From Yuukianura sp. NJ FZ-2021 (taxonomy: Eukaryota): a DNA stretch of 64,000 bases. Position 1 is the stretch's first letter; every line of letters begins with the position of its first letter. The notes under the pieces are model-generated. The model ran no database searches. It was given only the letters and a program-made list of their open reading frames with translations, and was not told where the DNA came from. Positions 38,250 through 51,485 of the stretch are shown in pieces. The stretch lies in NCBI GenBank assembly GCA_046563655.1, contig CM102287.1:7936001-8000000 (forward strand), written 5' to 3'. A program made the position numbers and the translations under genes.

Positions 38250-38525
38250 TTTTCACTGACGAAAGTATCTACACACTCAATATTTCATATTTACAACCAG
38301 ATCAGAATACGATGATAGAGTAAAGAATTCTTTACCAAAGTAGGTTCCAGAACAAAACTAACGTTTCTAACTTTTACGTAAAACTACAGAATTTCTTTCG
38401 TAATTCAATTACTAATTGGTTGTTGTTGATTATTATAATTTGCCGCTTCCTTATCTGCCTGTGCCTTTTTTGGAGCGAAAAAAGTAAAAATTACTAAATG
38501 AAAATCACTTTCCAAAACATTTTTT

Positions 38526-38552
38526 GTGGTCATAGTAACGTTTCCTAGTTAC
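38526..38552. promoter_or_regulatory. Two abutting RFX X-box-like motifs
   Basis: GTGGTCATAGTAAC (38526-38539) and GTTTCCTAGTTAC (38540-38552), about 175-200 bp upstream of the ATG at 38727. Confidence 0.55.
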
Positions 38553-38726
38553 AAACTAAACAATTTGTGTCAACAACAAGACGAACAGGGCACAACGTTG
38601 TTCGTTCATGTTAGAATTTGTTTCAAGTCAGTCAGTTTAGCAATAGGTTTCGTCCAGTGAGGACACGTTAACGTAGAACACTTTTTTGTAATTACCAATT
38701 GCGTTAAGTTTTCAAGAAAAGCCAAA

Positions 38727-40355
38727 ATGTGTGATTGTTTTCCGAAAACTGGTGGAAGCATTCGATTGTCCGATGCTTGTTCGGGATGTCTCGGCACAAC
38801 GGAGTACGCTACTCATTTCAAACAATGGCCTCAGCCAATTTCAAGTTCCAGCTTCCGACCGGAACCGATCGGCCTAGTCAATGCTACTTCACCGTGGAAC
38901 CAGCGCTACTCGTTCAGCAAAGGCGCTCGATTCGGAGTCCCTCCGTATTGTGTAAGTCAAAAATCAAAATTTAAGTTCCAATGTCCAAAAATAACGATTT
39001 CTTATCGTTTCTTCTAGGATTGCACGCCGCCCGAGGAGAGATTCCGTTTTGAAACGACGTACCAGCACGATTTCTTTGATCTAAATCACGATTCACCGTG
39101 CAAAATCCAAAGTCATGCGCTTCCTGGCGTCCGTCCTGTCAAGCCTCCAGTTCTGCCGAAGCAGTACTTGTGTCCGTTTACAACGGAAACAACATACGCT
39201 AGAGCATTCGACATGCCGCAGTCACACTTCCAACCGTTGTGCGCTCAACAGGAACCGTGCGGTGGACCTGCCCAAACACCGTGCTCAGATGTAAGTCCAA
39301 TATTTCAAAGCATTCTTGATGGCATTGAGCAGAATCGCTAATTTGTTGTTTTTCTAGGAATGCTACGATCCGTGTGGCCTCACCATCCGATTTTCTCCAG
39401 AATCCAAGACTCCATGCGTTCCGAAACTTGAGAAGAAAAATCTGATCAAGCCTGGAACCGATACTTCCAGATGCTGCAAATGTCCAGTGGTACGCCTTCG
39501 TCTTTGATTGTTCTTAAAAGTTATGTTATACGTAGCTGTTGCTAAAAATATGTTTGCTATTGAATCATTTTCAGCCAATCCCGTGCTGTCCATGTCCAGA
39601 CATCAGTCAGCTCTGCGATGCTTGTTGTGGATGCGAGTATCCGTGTAAGTTGCATCAAGGGACTACGACTCCAACTCGGAAGTATCCGATTGTCATGAAC
39701 ATGCCACGTTATGTTCCGAATCCACGCGATCTACCGCGCCGTCCTCGCCTTCTCTGTCACGGCGGAACTCTGGAATGTCCACTCCAAAGTCAGTTTCCAA
39801 CGAAAGCAGCAATTAAACAAGCCAAACAGCGTCTGATGGACAAGATTGAAGAAGAGCGATGTCGGTTTCCTCCGGAATGCATCGAATCGACTTATCGCTC
39901 CACTTTCAAAACGCCGCCTGTCAACGATGCTCCTACTTACTGCTCTCGTGAGATGAAGGTAAGATTATACTTGAAAACGCTGGAAACGTGACATTTCTGA
40001 TTCATGTTCTGATGGAAAATAGGAGACTGCTGCTCAGGCGAATCGACAGTTCATGGAAAAAGGAATGCCGCCGAGTTGTTTGCCAGCATACTGTCTCGAT
40101 GGTGGGCGACCACCAGATCCCCGTCCAGTCTTTGATCACATGTCAACCTACGGTGCTGACTTCATCTGGAACGTTTTTCCGCGGTTCAAAATCCTTGGTG
40201 GAGAAATCCCTTGTGGAGAGTTCCCCATCAAGCCGCTCTGCTGTCCACCACCAGTCAGTTGCTGTCCAGATCCGTGTGACGAACGTACTGAAGAAAAAGA
40301 GCGGTGGGGCAAAGACTGGGAATGCAATCCAGAGCCACCGGAGCCATGCTGCTGA
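38727..40355 (+). CDS. Cys/Pro-rich protein with repeated Mn-like motifs (SAXO/MAP6-type microtubule inner protein-like); exons 38727-38951, 39018-39290, 39358-39489, 39575-39958, 40023-40355
   Basis: Five phase-0 exons with GT-AG boundaries give one open frame; motifs TTEYATHF, ETTYQHDF, ETTYARAF, ESTYRSTF, MSTYGADF; abundant PC/CCP. The gene is well supported, the family call is inferred. Confidence 0.7.
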
Positions 40356-40795
40356 ACTCCTTCCTGCAAAAGTCAACAAATCACAAAGTCAAAACACAAT
40401 TAATTCAAAAGAATTAGCACAAGTTCAAAATTATCATTGTCCAATATTTCATGCTATTTTTCCTGTTTTACTTCGATTTATGTAAACCCCTTCCCTCGTC
40501 GGAAAATAAAAATACTAATAAGGTTCATCATGCAAACAAAAAATTCACGCTAAAAGTAATCGATTACTCCTGAAAAACTACCATATGAAATTTTAGTTAA
40601 GAATTCATTTTGATTTTAATCGCGACGACACGGGACGTTTGACTTCGAGTAGTGCACGCGGGGTTTTAGTTAATTTAGAATTGTTTCGATAATTTTCTTA
40701 AACTATTTTACAACTAAAAATCATCTCATTTCTGATTCGTCCATAGAGTTGATTTTTAAAAACGTTGCACCAGGAACCAGTTTAAGTGTCCAGAT

Positions 40796-43700
40796 TTAAT
40801 TATACATCGCTGATTCAGTGGAGGAGTAGAGACAAATGTAGGCATCCGAGATGAGGCGCTTCAGAGGCAGGAATTTCTCCAGGTATCCAGGCAACTTGGT
40901 TAAATCACGTTCGATTGCATCGAGCCAGTGGCCCATATGTGGTAGTAATGTCACCTGGAACAACCAAGTTAATTTAATTAACATTAAGTTAAGCAGATTG
41001 GTGCTTTGATTCATGTATTCACTCACTTGAGGTATGTTGTATCCACCAACACCGTCGCTGTGACTCTGTCTGTCAGCCATGGAGTCAAAGAAAACCCACG
41101 GAGCAAATCTTTGTGGTCCGCACTTGACAAAACTGACGAAATGACTCGTTTCGATACAAATGACAGCAAAGAGATCCATTCTGATGCGCGGGATACTTTT
41201 GTTAGACGTCATGAAAAATACATTGTGGGGATTTGCAGTAGAACAGGAAATTTGAGGACTTTGAAGAAACGGTGAGTAATTGGTAGATGGTGGGAGGCCA
41301 TACTTGGGCTCAGGAGAAAAGTAGGAAGCAGGATGGTAGTCCGGAGACATCGTTGTGGATGACACGCCATTTGACCTTTGCGGAGAATAAGAATGGTTTC
41401 CAGAAATTGAACTTTGGAAGTAATCGTCAGGATCGAAACTGTATGCGATTTGGTTTCGTTGGCGATGATGTCTTCTGTCTGCTTTTTGATGTACTCGTTC
41501 GAGGCAACCGTGACAAAAGGCTGTTGCAAAAGCCATTGACCCCAGCGGTGTCCTGCTTCCATTCTCCTCTCGTCCATTGTCTTTGACATTAAAATGACCA
41601 AGACAGTCTTCACACTCTTCAGTTGCCAAAGAACCACAAATAATACACATCCTAGGGACTAAATTCAGAAAAAAACAGCATGATTAACTCGTTCAATCGA
41701 GAATTCAAGCTAAAAATTCATGTCATAGGTTAACTTACTGTCTTCGATGAGATCTGTGATGTCAATAGTTAGATTTGGTAACACGCCTTTGAACATCTTA
41801 AACTTATTTCCAGATCGTGGCATTTGCAGAATCAGGACGGGAGATGGGACACAGGTCAACTTTAACCTTTGACCTCTGAGACTTTCTTCTAACAATTCTT
41901 GTACAGTCGGTACTGTATCGGGACGACCTTCACAGACTACTTGGTGAAAAAACTCAGATTGATTCGATGACAGCGAAAGGAATCCATCCAAATGTAAAAC
42001 CGATCGAAAAAGGAGTTCAAGAAACTCAGCAGGATCTGAAACAACAAAAAAACAAATATTTCTTTCATATTTCAAAATTTTGAACAACACTTCTCAAAAT
42101 GTCTATTTCTCACCCATCTCTTCCGACATCAGTTTGTTATCCAGATGCTGCATTTTCTCTCTCAGCTTGAGCACGTTTCCTGCTGGGGTAAAATGATTAG
42201 ATCGCAGTGGATTGACAATTCCCTCTCTTAAAATCCGTTGGACATCGTCAGCCAGGCGACGTTCCGCGACATCGTCACTTGCACAGGGTGTGATTAAAAT
42301 GGAGTCAAATACTGAACTAAACGGGAACATGGCAAACAGAGTAGCATCCAAGTAGCACGAATTGTTGTTTCCTTGAATGCCTTTCGGCGAACCTACGCAA
42401 AAAAAAGTTCAAAACACGATTAGAGCCAAATGTCTCTCTTCTGCTGAAAATCTAAAACAAAACAGTACAATGGTAACGACTTGTCCTAAATCTTAGCTTG
42501 TGTCAAGATGACACAAAGTTGATGATGTAAAAGGAAATGTGCTAATTAGGCGAAAAAGCTTAATGATCTTAGCAATAACTTGTCTTGTATGATCTTACCC
42601 TCTACAATTCCAGCATCCACTTCCTGGAGCGGAGGCTGAATAAACGGAAGTGTCAGCATTGTTGATTGCTGTGTTCTTGGAAGCGACGATCGTTGTGGCG
42701 GCGGAGGTTCTTCGAAATGACTTAGATAACCATTGGGTTGACGCAGCTCATCTTCCAGAATCAGTCCAACGACGGCAATCAATCCTCCGTGATTTGGTTT
42801 ACATTCAAACAAGTACTCGTTGTTGTACCATCCAGAACCAACGTTCAGGCGATTGTCCTACAATCAGCAAAGATTTTGACATTCACTTTAAAAATACAAC
42901 GAGACATTCACTTTAAAAATTCAATTAAAATCACAACATTTGTTTAAAAACTTACAAATTCAACGCCAGCAATTTCTTCACCGTCGATATGCCCGAGCCA
43001 ACGTACAACTCCAGCCTCATTCGTTTCAGGAGCCTCTCTCAGCCAAACGACACGACTTCCAATCCTCAGTTCTGAATCTGCAAAGAACCACAAAATTCAG
43101 TACATTGAATCAAACAGCTTCAGTTTTAAGTTCTTAATTACTAATTAGTTTTTAGTGTTCAAAATTCCGCTTCGGTGCACTTTTATTTCCAGTGTACAAC
43201 CAGCTTTATGTTCAAAAATGAAGGAGAGCAGGACAAAAATCGTCCAAGCACAACGATACTTTTTAGAGTCAGACTCAAATACCAAGCCAAATGACATCAT
43301 ATGAGTCATTCTTTGTTCTAAAATTAACACTTTACCATCGCAAATGCAATGCCCTCACACAAAAAACCTGGAGAATTTCCAAATTTTTAAAAATAAACGT
43401 CTCCCGAAATGAAATTCTAAAATGCTTCATCTCGTACCACATTCTCGTGCCAAAAAATGTTTCGGCACCTTTTTTTCTTCCTAAAAATGACCTTTCACAA
43501 AAACCAAACTAACACAGGCAAAAAAGTTATAAACTTTGCCATTTTTTTCATTTTCGTAACTCATTGTTCATATTTTATCGTATGATTGATTACACCACAA
43601 GAACTTGAATAAAAATAGAAACACATTAATATGCATTGCCTAACCACACACGCCGATTAGAAGATTCGATCACATCACATCATCTCCCGTTTCAAAGACA

Positions 43701-46700
43701 AAACCTAAACCACTCCACTCTAGACTTTACCTTGCTCCAAAATCTAATCTTAGGTTTGGCACTGACCTTGGTCCTTGAATGATGGCACAATGCTTCCCAC
43801 ACACGCAATCTTATAAGACGAAAGTCAAACAAGCCCATTCAAATATCATTTCCACTCTAACTTCAACGTAACAAGATTCATAACATAACCAGGTAAGCCT
43901 GGAAAGGTATGGAAAGTTAGGTTGTGCAAAATAATGCGCAATATTGCGTCGGCAACATACCTTAAATCTAAACTTTACCTCAAAAAACCCAAGCACAGTC
44001 TAACAATGTGTATTAGGGAAAAAAATTCCTGGAAAAGGGCAAAACGGCAAAAGATTTCCTAACAAAAGGCAAAGATTTCGTTCAAAACTTAGGCAAAAGA
44101 TTTCCTTCCAAAAGGCAAAGATTTTTTTCAAAACTTAAGGCAAAAGATTATTCCTATCTAAAAATGCAACTTTTTAGGCAATAGGCAACTTACTGAAAAG
44201 ATTTCCTTAAAAATTCAGGCAAAAAATTTCCTCAAAAATAGAGGCGAAAAGATTTCCTTAAAAAATTTTTTTGGGGAAAAATTTCCTAAAATTTAGTACG
44301 GTCACCTATCGCTCTCGCCAAAGAAGAAAGGTCGTAGTTGCTCAAATTTTCCAAAACGCTTTGCTCATCACTCGACGCCGATGAGGGTATCGGTGATCCC
44401 GAACTGTCACTAAGATTCTGTCTTCTCCTTGACCTCGGTGACCTCTCTCTGGGTGACCTCCGATGATGATACCCCATGTCCTCCATGTCATAAAAAGTAC
44501 TTTTTCCAATTCCAATCGAAGATGCTGAAGATGATGAGCCTCCACTTCCAGTTCCACTGGAATGACGACTTCGACTACTCGTTCGAGACTTTGATCCGGA
44601 CGAACTGGAAGTAGATGTTGATGACAGTGGGGGACGTTCTTCATAAAACTGATTGTGGTAACTTTTAGACCGATGATGTTGTTTCCGATTATCTGTTTTC
44701 TTTGGTTTTGGAGCCAATTCAGGCCCATAGCGTTCCAATTCCTTAATTCTGTCTTTGCCCCCTGGGGCACAAGACATTAGAAAGTCCTTGACCTTCATTT
44801 CAAAATATCCAAGGATAGCTGGATAAGATTAGCCAAAAAACTTTAACTTGACGAAAACAATGCTACAAAGTGGATTTTTGTACGTGATGCCAAACACGGT
44901 ACTAAAAATTTTACCACAACACCACAAACAATACAGACCAAAATTTACGCTTGTAAGACCTCTCTTATTGACCACTCATGAAAGAATGATTCAGCCTTCC
45001 AAAAAAGTTTTCAACTAAAGCCTCCCTCATACTGACTTGTGGTGGCTATGGTTGGTTTTTGGTGGGACGCTTCAGGATACCACCAAGGAATGGAATTGTT
45101 ACGCCCAACAAAACCCCCTATGCTATTCTGCCTTTTCCACTTTGTTCTTTTGAGTTCTAAAGTGACGCAGTTGGCATTTGGCCTCCGTAGGAAATGTTTC
45201 ATTCAACTAGCAAACTCTGCTAGAATAAATAAATAAAAACATTAACTTAATTTTAATGAGTCCTCTTTAAAGTACATAAACGCCTTCCGAACATTAAACT
45301 CCAGCCCACTTCCAACAGACAAAAAACAATAATACAGTCGAGGCAAAGTGTCAAATGGACCGATGAAGGCATTTAGAATTCTAGAAGCATCGTCCAAATA
45401 TAAAACCAATTTAAATTACAATTTGTCTCCCCATTGGTACAAAAGAACTTCAATACTAAAAGTATCCGAATATCGCTAACGAAATTGCTGGAAGAAACTG
45501 GACATGACAAGAGTTTGCCAATAAATCCAATTTCATGCACCAAAAATCAATACTTGAGAAAGAACGTCTAGAGGGACATGCTACATGAATTGCTGGCAAC
45601 AAAATGCGTCATCCTACATGAATTGATGAAATGCTGGCAACAATGTGGCAGCTTGCAACAATATTCAAAAGTAAAACCTGACCTTACACAAATTCTAAGA
45701 TGCCAACATTGCGTTGGAAAAAAGAAAAACGATTTTGAAAATAAGCAAGATCTCAAAAAAAAAACTTGATTTTTGGGCGTGAAGTCCAAAGTTTTTGCTA
45801 TGTTGGGTGTGGAAACTTTTACTTTTGGAAAAAATACATGTACAAACCGATACCCGCTGGCGATTTCCACATATCAGTGTGACAACTAGACAAGTGTCAA
45901 GATGAACTTTACGACAATTATGGACATGAGAACATCCAAGCATGATAGTTATCATGAGATACGTTAACATCAGGACCAACACCAACCCAAATCTGTTTTA
46001 GTCTCAGCGTTCCTTGACCTTTTACAAGCTTCTTACAAACAGCTTGTTCTCAGCATCAAATTCCCAATTCTATAAATGAAAAACATGATCTCGATAAACT
46101 TATGGCCCTACAGCATCTCTCTCGGGACTTAACAATTTCTCAAACGTCAAATTGAAACACAGAGAGGATTGACCTTGTTTCTTTTAAGTACGGAACGAAT
46201 GGAATGAGAATCACGAAGATCATAAATAACTTCATCCTATTCTAATTTGGTCAACTAAATGATCAACTTCACCCTCTAAACTCAACCACTTCTGCTCGTT
46301 GAGCCGTAGCAGGTCATTTGCGCGAAAACAAAAAGCGCGAATTCAGCAAGTTGGCAACAGTGAAACTGAACCATATTGCGCGTAGGTTAGGTTTTTTTTA
46401 AAGGGTGGGCTAAGTTTCATTGGTAATGTAGGTGCAGTGTTGCCAACTTTTGGAATTCGCGATTATTGTTTTCGCGCTACTGACCTGGAACCCGTTGAAC
46501 ATACTTGAGTAACTGCCAAACTGTTGCTACTTTACAAACCACTACTGCATTTCGTCCAAAAATGCAAAAATGGAATTAAATAGCACACAGACAAGCCGCA
46601 CAGTTTAGTGACTATGAAGTATGAACATTTAGAAAGTTTTAAAACCAATCTCCACCCAGGCCCCATAAACCTAAACAATAAAATATAAGCCCATTGCACT

Positions 46701-47811
46701 CGCAAACTGCAAATCGCCTCAACATGGTTTAATTTTCATTTGATTCCTGAATAATTTTGATTAATAGTTTGTTTCAAAAAAATGAAAAAAAGAACAACTT
46801 TCTACTGAAAGTTTTTAGTAGCATTAACGTTTTACATCTCAATCCTCAATCGGCTCAACATGAAAAAAAGCCTTTGTTTGCAAATTTTTATACTATTCGA
46901 GGTTAGGATGAGCGAGCAGACAGGAATAGAATGGAACAAACGAACTAAAAACCCATTTTGCTTAACTTTAGTGCCAATTTCAACCTGATTTTAGCACTGC
47001 TGCTTTTGATGCTAAAAGTTTACAGCAGTAGCAGTAGTAGGCCACTGTTTACATTCACCGAGTTTAATAAAATGGAAATTAATGGTTTCCATCCATAAAA
47101 TATTAAATGTCATTTTTAGCAAACCACGCAGCATGCAGCCGACCAAGGCAAAATCAATTCCCGTTGCTTTTTTTTGCAACGTTTTTGCAAACACAATTGG
47201 AACTCTCGTATAGTTAATGTCCATAATTCAAGGAAGAGACATACAACAATGTGCACAGGAAAAATCCAATATGTCATCAAAAAGAACTGAAATGAGCCAT
47301 TGTTAAGCCTTGAGTGTCCAACCAACTGTCAGTTCTGAATTCAGAAGTTTGCAAAAAATAAATTAACTGGGGTTCTAATGTCATTTACATTCTGCACATA
47401 TAGGAGGATCCTTTGCTATGCACGACTTGAATGATTTTTGCACATGAAAATGCTTTACACGCAACATTAGTAATGTTACATTACTCTTGATTTAAAATCC
47501 CAACGTTAACTTTACATACCGGTGATGTTCATAGCACGACGGTAATAACTGCACGAGTCAAGTTTCAGTGCAGGTCCAACACCATATCGTGGGCGTAATG
47601 GCCGATTGTCATTCTCACAAGTTGCCGGCAGTTTTTGATATTTCACCATATGCTTCACTGGAATCAAATCCTTGACCTTTGACCTCACGAAATTCACTAG
47701 TTGACAATTGACCTCCAATGTGATTGGGATTGGCGGGAAATTTGAAGGGGTGGGAGGCCTTGACGTATCCGCTAGAAGCGGCTGTCGCTCGTCATCCGAA
47801 GTCCATTTCAT
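40796..47811 (-). CDS. CYLD: CYLD deubiquitinase (one CAP-Gly, USP domain with B-box); inferred 5' coding exons 47811-47520 and 44818-44306, then 43077 onward
   Basis: Cys box GIQGNNNSCYLDATLFAMF, ILQMPRSG, B-box CIICG...CEDC...FCHGCLERVH, His box LFAVICIETSHFVSFVKCG, WVFFDSMADR, C-terminal LISDAYICLY; CAP-Gly LRIGSRVVW...GVVRWLG...AGVEF. The two 5'-most exons are assigned by splice phase only. Confidence 0.9.
44016..44290. repeat. Degenerate minisatellite, about 22-24 bp unit (GGCAAAAGATTTCC...), roughly 10 copies, in a CYLD intron
   Basis: Repeated AGGCAAAAGATTTCC / AGGCAAAGATTT followed by A-rich spacers. Confidence 0.8.
46310..46487. mobile_element. MITE-like inverted-repeat element (about 55-bp imperfect TIRs) with internal TAGGTTAGG
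   Basis: Left CAGGTCATTTGCGCGAAAACAAAAAGCGCGAATTCAGCAAGTTGGCAACAGTG; reverse complement of right end CAGGTCAGTAGCGCGAAAACAATAATCGCGAATTCCAAAAGTTGGCAACACTG. No clear TSD. Confidence 0.7.
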
Positions 47812-50800
47812 TTTCTACACATCGCATCATCATCAGACAGTAATCGTCGCAATAGAAACAAAATATAAACTAAAATCAGTCAAAATTTTTGTGAATTAGG
47901 ACTGAGAACTATAAAAATTGGACAAGCATCAAATGCTCACTATGTGGAACGGAACTTATAAAACATTTCCCCAAAAAGAACCACACCCTCTTTAACAATA
48001 GGCGTGAAATTTGGTCAAATCTCAATTTACCAAAACCATGTAAATGTTAGTGCACTGGTGGAGTTTTTCATTTTTGCACAGAGAAAAAAACGAAAGTGAA
48101 AATTAGCGTCGTTTCGTCATTTTCGCCTTAAGCATTTCCTTTAACTTGGCTGTGACATTGAACGACTATTCCACGGTCATCCAAAAACACTCGTCCTCTA
48201 CAACGCAGAAGCAGCGGACATTGATGTCATCACAAAAAAAAACTACCACAAAAATGCACAGAATTTTGAATTTTCAAAAGTGCAAAACCAAAATTTTGAC
48301 ATTCCTACGCTGGAAATAGAACACTTTGAAGTTAGAAACGTCGATTCCGCCAAAGTGCAACACTTTCAGCGTCAATTCTGGCTATAACCAGCTACAAAAA
48401 TTAATTTGATACCGTCATTTTCCAGCAGGCGAGTAATGTCCAAACCTCTTTCATCACCTAACACCTTTCTAATGAAACTTGACACCTACACTATACAACT
48501 AACACTAACAAATTGACCAAAAATGAGTCACTTTATGGACATATGTGAAGCGAACAACAAGCTGAGTACCACGGATTTTCCATGTACAAAGTGCAAAAGT
48601 TCTGTATAAATGCTCAAAATAACTCGAAAATCGAAATTCGTTTCGTTCATAAGTGGAATGATATGATAAAACCAAAAGTTACATGCTAGATCGATGCTGG
48701 TTCAAGGCATTTGCGATTTGAGATCGCATCATAAACAGGAAGGCACGAGAGTTACTTAAAACCAATTTTCAAAAAAGTTGTAACTCATCTTGTCAAAAAA
48801 ATTGTTCTAAAAGCATGCGGGTTTCCTTGAGATAAATCAACTTCGCATCAGTTAGCAGAGTAGTCTGTAAAACGCACAAAAGAAGTAAATTGAAGGATGT
48901 TCATGTTACATACTAGGAGCAATCTGAAAGTAAAAGGCCAGAAACCATGCTGGAAATGTCAACAATTTAATTATTTGTGACATTTACTTTCCGTTGTGCA
49001 ATTCTACTTCCACTCCAATTTTTAGCATTGCAGAGTCGCTTTGTTAGCTTGGAATTTTTGCCAGCTGATGCTGGCATTATTTCATAAATGCTCGAAGCAT
49101 TTCAATATGTAAGCAATACAGCAATAGTACTTTTAATAGCAAATATTTACACGTCTGTGTGTGATTAGCCGAAATTAGTAATAAGCTCGTGACACATCAA
49201 CCAATGATTTTAAGTACCATTAGGTAATAGGTAGCACCCCAGTCGGGTTTAAACCACAAGGAAATTTAGAGTCATAATAATGCGTTTGCTTAAGTTCTGT
49301 ATCGAGCATTCACTTGTTTCAAAATAATTTTAGTTTGATTTCAAGTACTATTGGACAATCTCAAAAAAAGTCCAGAGTTGCGTGCAAAAATTATGAAAGA
49401 ATGCAACATGAGTCACCTTTAAGTACTTGACATGAGCGAATTTGATGAGACATGAGACCCTCATTAGCACAGTTAACAGTAATTAAAACTAAACGTACGT
49501 GTACTAAATATGTAGTCATCATCATCTCATCAGTTTCCTGTGGGTAAAATACTAACAATCCTCGGACTACTGCCAAATCGATTTTTTACCCGAATTGGAT
49601 ATTTTTTATGATTCAAAACTCTCACTTTTCATTTTACTCTCGATGGTATGAATTATGCACAATAATTCATTTTTACGGTCACGGTTCCTATTTGCCATAA
49701 ATGGTGTAAAGATTAACATCTCTCAGATTAAGCTCACTTCAAAGATTGTAATTAAATTACTTCAACTCAACTTCAGTTACGTTCTTTTACACTACTCTTG
49801 TTCCATTCTTGTAACAAAAAAATGAACAACTCGAAAGTAAAAACAAAACATCATCTCAAAATGTCCTCCAAAAAGTACCTTCATTTCCCATTTCCTACTT
49901 GCTAAAAATGCAGCCAAGGAGAGACAACTTAGAGTTTCCAATTTTTTAGTTATATCTAAACTTTTTTAATTAACGAGTATCTCTTCCTGGTTTTAGGCGA
50001 GAAGATTCGACTTGAACTAATAATAATAAAAAGTGGATAATAATTTGACTTTCATTTCGTATGATATGCTTTATGGAATAATATCTTTACCTAATGCCTA
50101 ACATTACATGCTTAGCTTCCCCAGTATTACACCGGCAGTAGAGATCATTTAACAGAAAAACTGTGAGACCGGAAGTCATTAACGGGATTTCTGTCAACTA
50201 GTTCATCAGAATTCAGAAACAAAAATAGGAAATTAACACCAAACGCATGTCCCCCACGCCACATGGCAAGTTAACTAGATTTGACTTAAGAATTGCTCTA
50301 ATACTACAAGTTGTAAACTTACATTACAACAAAAGTCTACAAGTCAGACTCCATTTAAGTACTACTTAATTTCTGAATTCGTTCTGCAAAATTTCAACGA
50401 ATTTAGAAGTTAAGTAAAATAGTGACATGCTACCCGAAGAAATCGAAACGGGTACTGGAAATGAACATAGAATATGTTGAGTTGTGCTTTTGTAGTAGGA
50501 ATAGGAAATGAATGTTAAGAAACACACTGACCTGTCTGAAGTATGGGAATTTTGACCTCCGTAGATGATTCGGGGTTGGACGATGATGATGATAATGTTT
50601 TTTAGTGCTGTGGTTTACTTATTTTCAGTTTTCAGTTAATACATTTGGCAGTTCGGCTATCACTCTTGCCTTGTCCTTCTGGCCATTAGCCTTGAAGAGT
50701 TCCATTGAAGCAGTTAAACCAAATGAAAGATGATGTTTAACGTAGATTCAATTTTAACCTAACCAATTAATTAGTAATCACTAATTAACCCAGCACTAAA

Positions 50801-50984
50801 ATTCTGAACCAAATCATCTCAACAAGAACAAATACAAATCCAAAAAGCAATCAAATTGGACGATTTTTAATTTTGCATTTTGCCGGTAAAAAAAAAGTTC
50901 CGTTGTATGTAAATTGAATTTTGCAACGGACAAAACCCAATAATCCTGCAACTGCAATGGCAATTTCTATTCTCTTACATTATC

Positions 50985-51222
50985 TTAGTTGCAATAAGGT
51001 TTAAGTACAATCGTGATCCCACAGAATGCAGCGTAGCCACTCCGTCATTTTTAGTGGCTACATAGGCTAGGTGGCTACGCCTGAGTTACAAACTAAGCAG
51101 CCACTTTACTCTAACCTAAAGTGGCAACATAAGTTGCTGCTCTTGTAGCCACTAATAATGCCGGAGCGGCTACATAGTACGGTTACATTAACTGTCGTTA
51201 ACCCTTACCCCAACCAAATTTT
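50985..51222. mobile_element. Degenerate copy (reverse orientation) of the palindromic element at 57092-57359
   Basis: Shares GTAGCCAC/GTGGCTAC units, CTAACCTAAAGTGGCAACATAAGTTGC centre and GTCGTTAACCCTTACCCCAACCAAATTT terminus. Confidence 0.75.
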
Positions 51223-51485
51223 ATTTAATTCCTGACAGATTCAAAATACGCGCTTTGCTTTATGTTATTAGCATCAGCTGACTACTAAGGCGTCAGTTGC
51301 ACTTATAACTATGAAATTTTTATTAAATTGACTAAATTGAGATTAACAAGTCCAATGTTTCGGATTGGTCAATTAGAAAGTGATTAAGTCAACTAAAGTG
51401 ATTTAACTAACGCTAATCTAACAATTCGCTACAACTAACGAAAAACCCTGCAGTGTACCTTAAAAGATAACGGAAAAAGTAAGTT

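Noticed and set aside
45011..45985. Short ORFs within the CYLD 5' introns
   Set aside because: No domain similarity or phase-consistent splice pair found.
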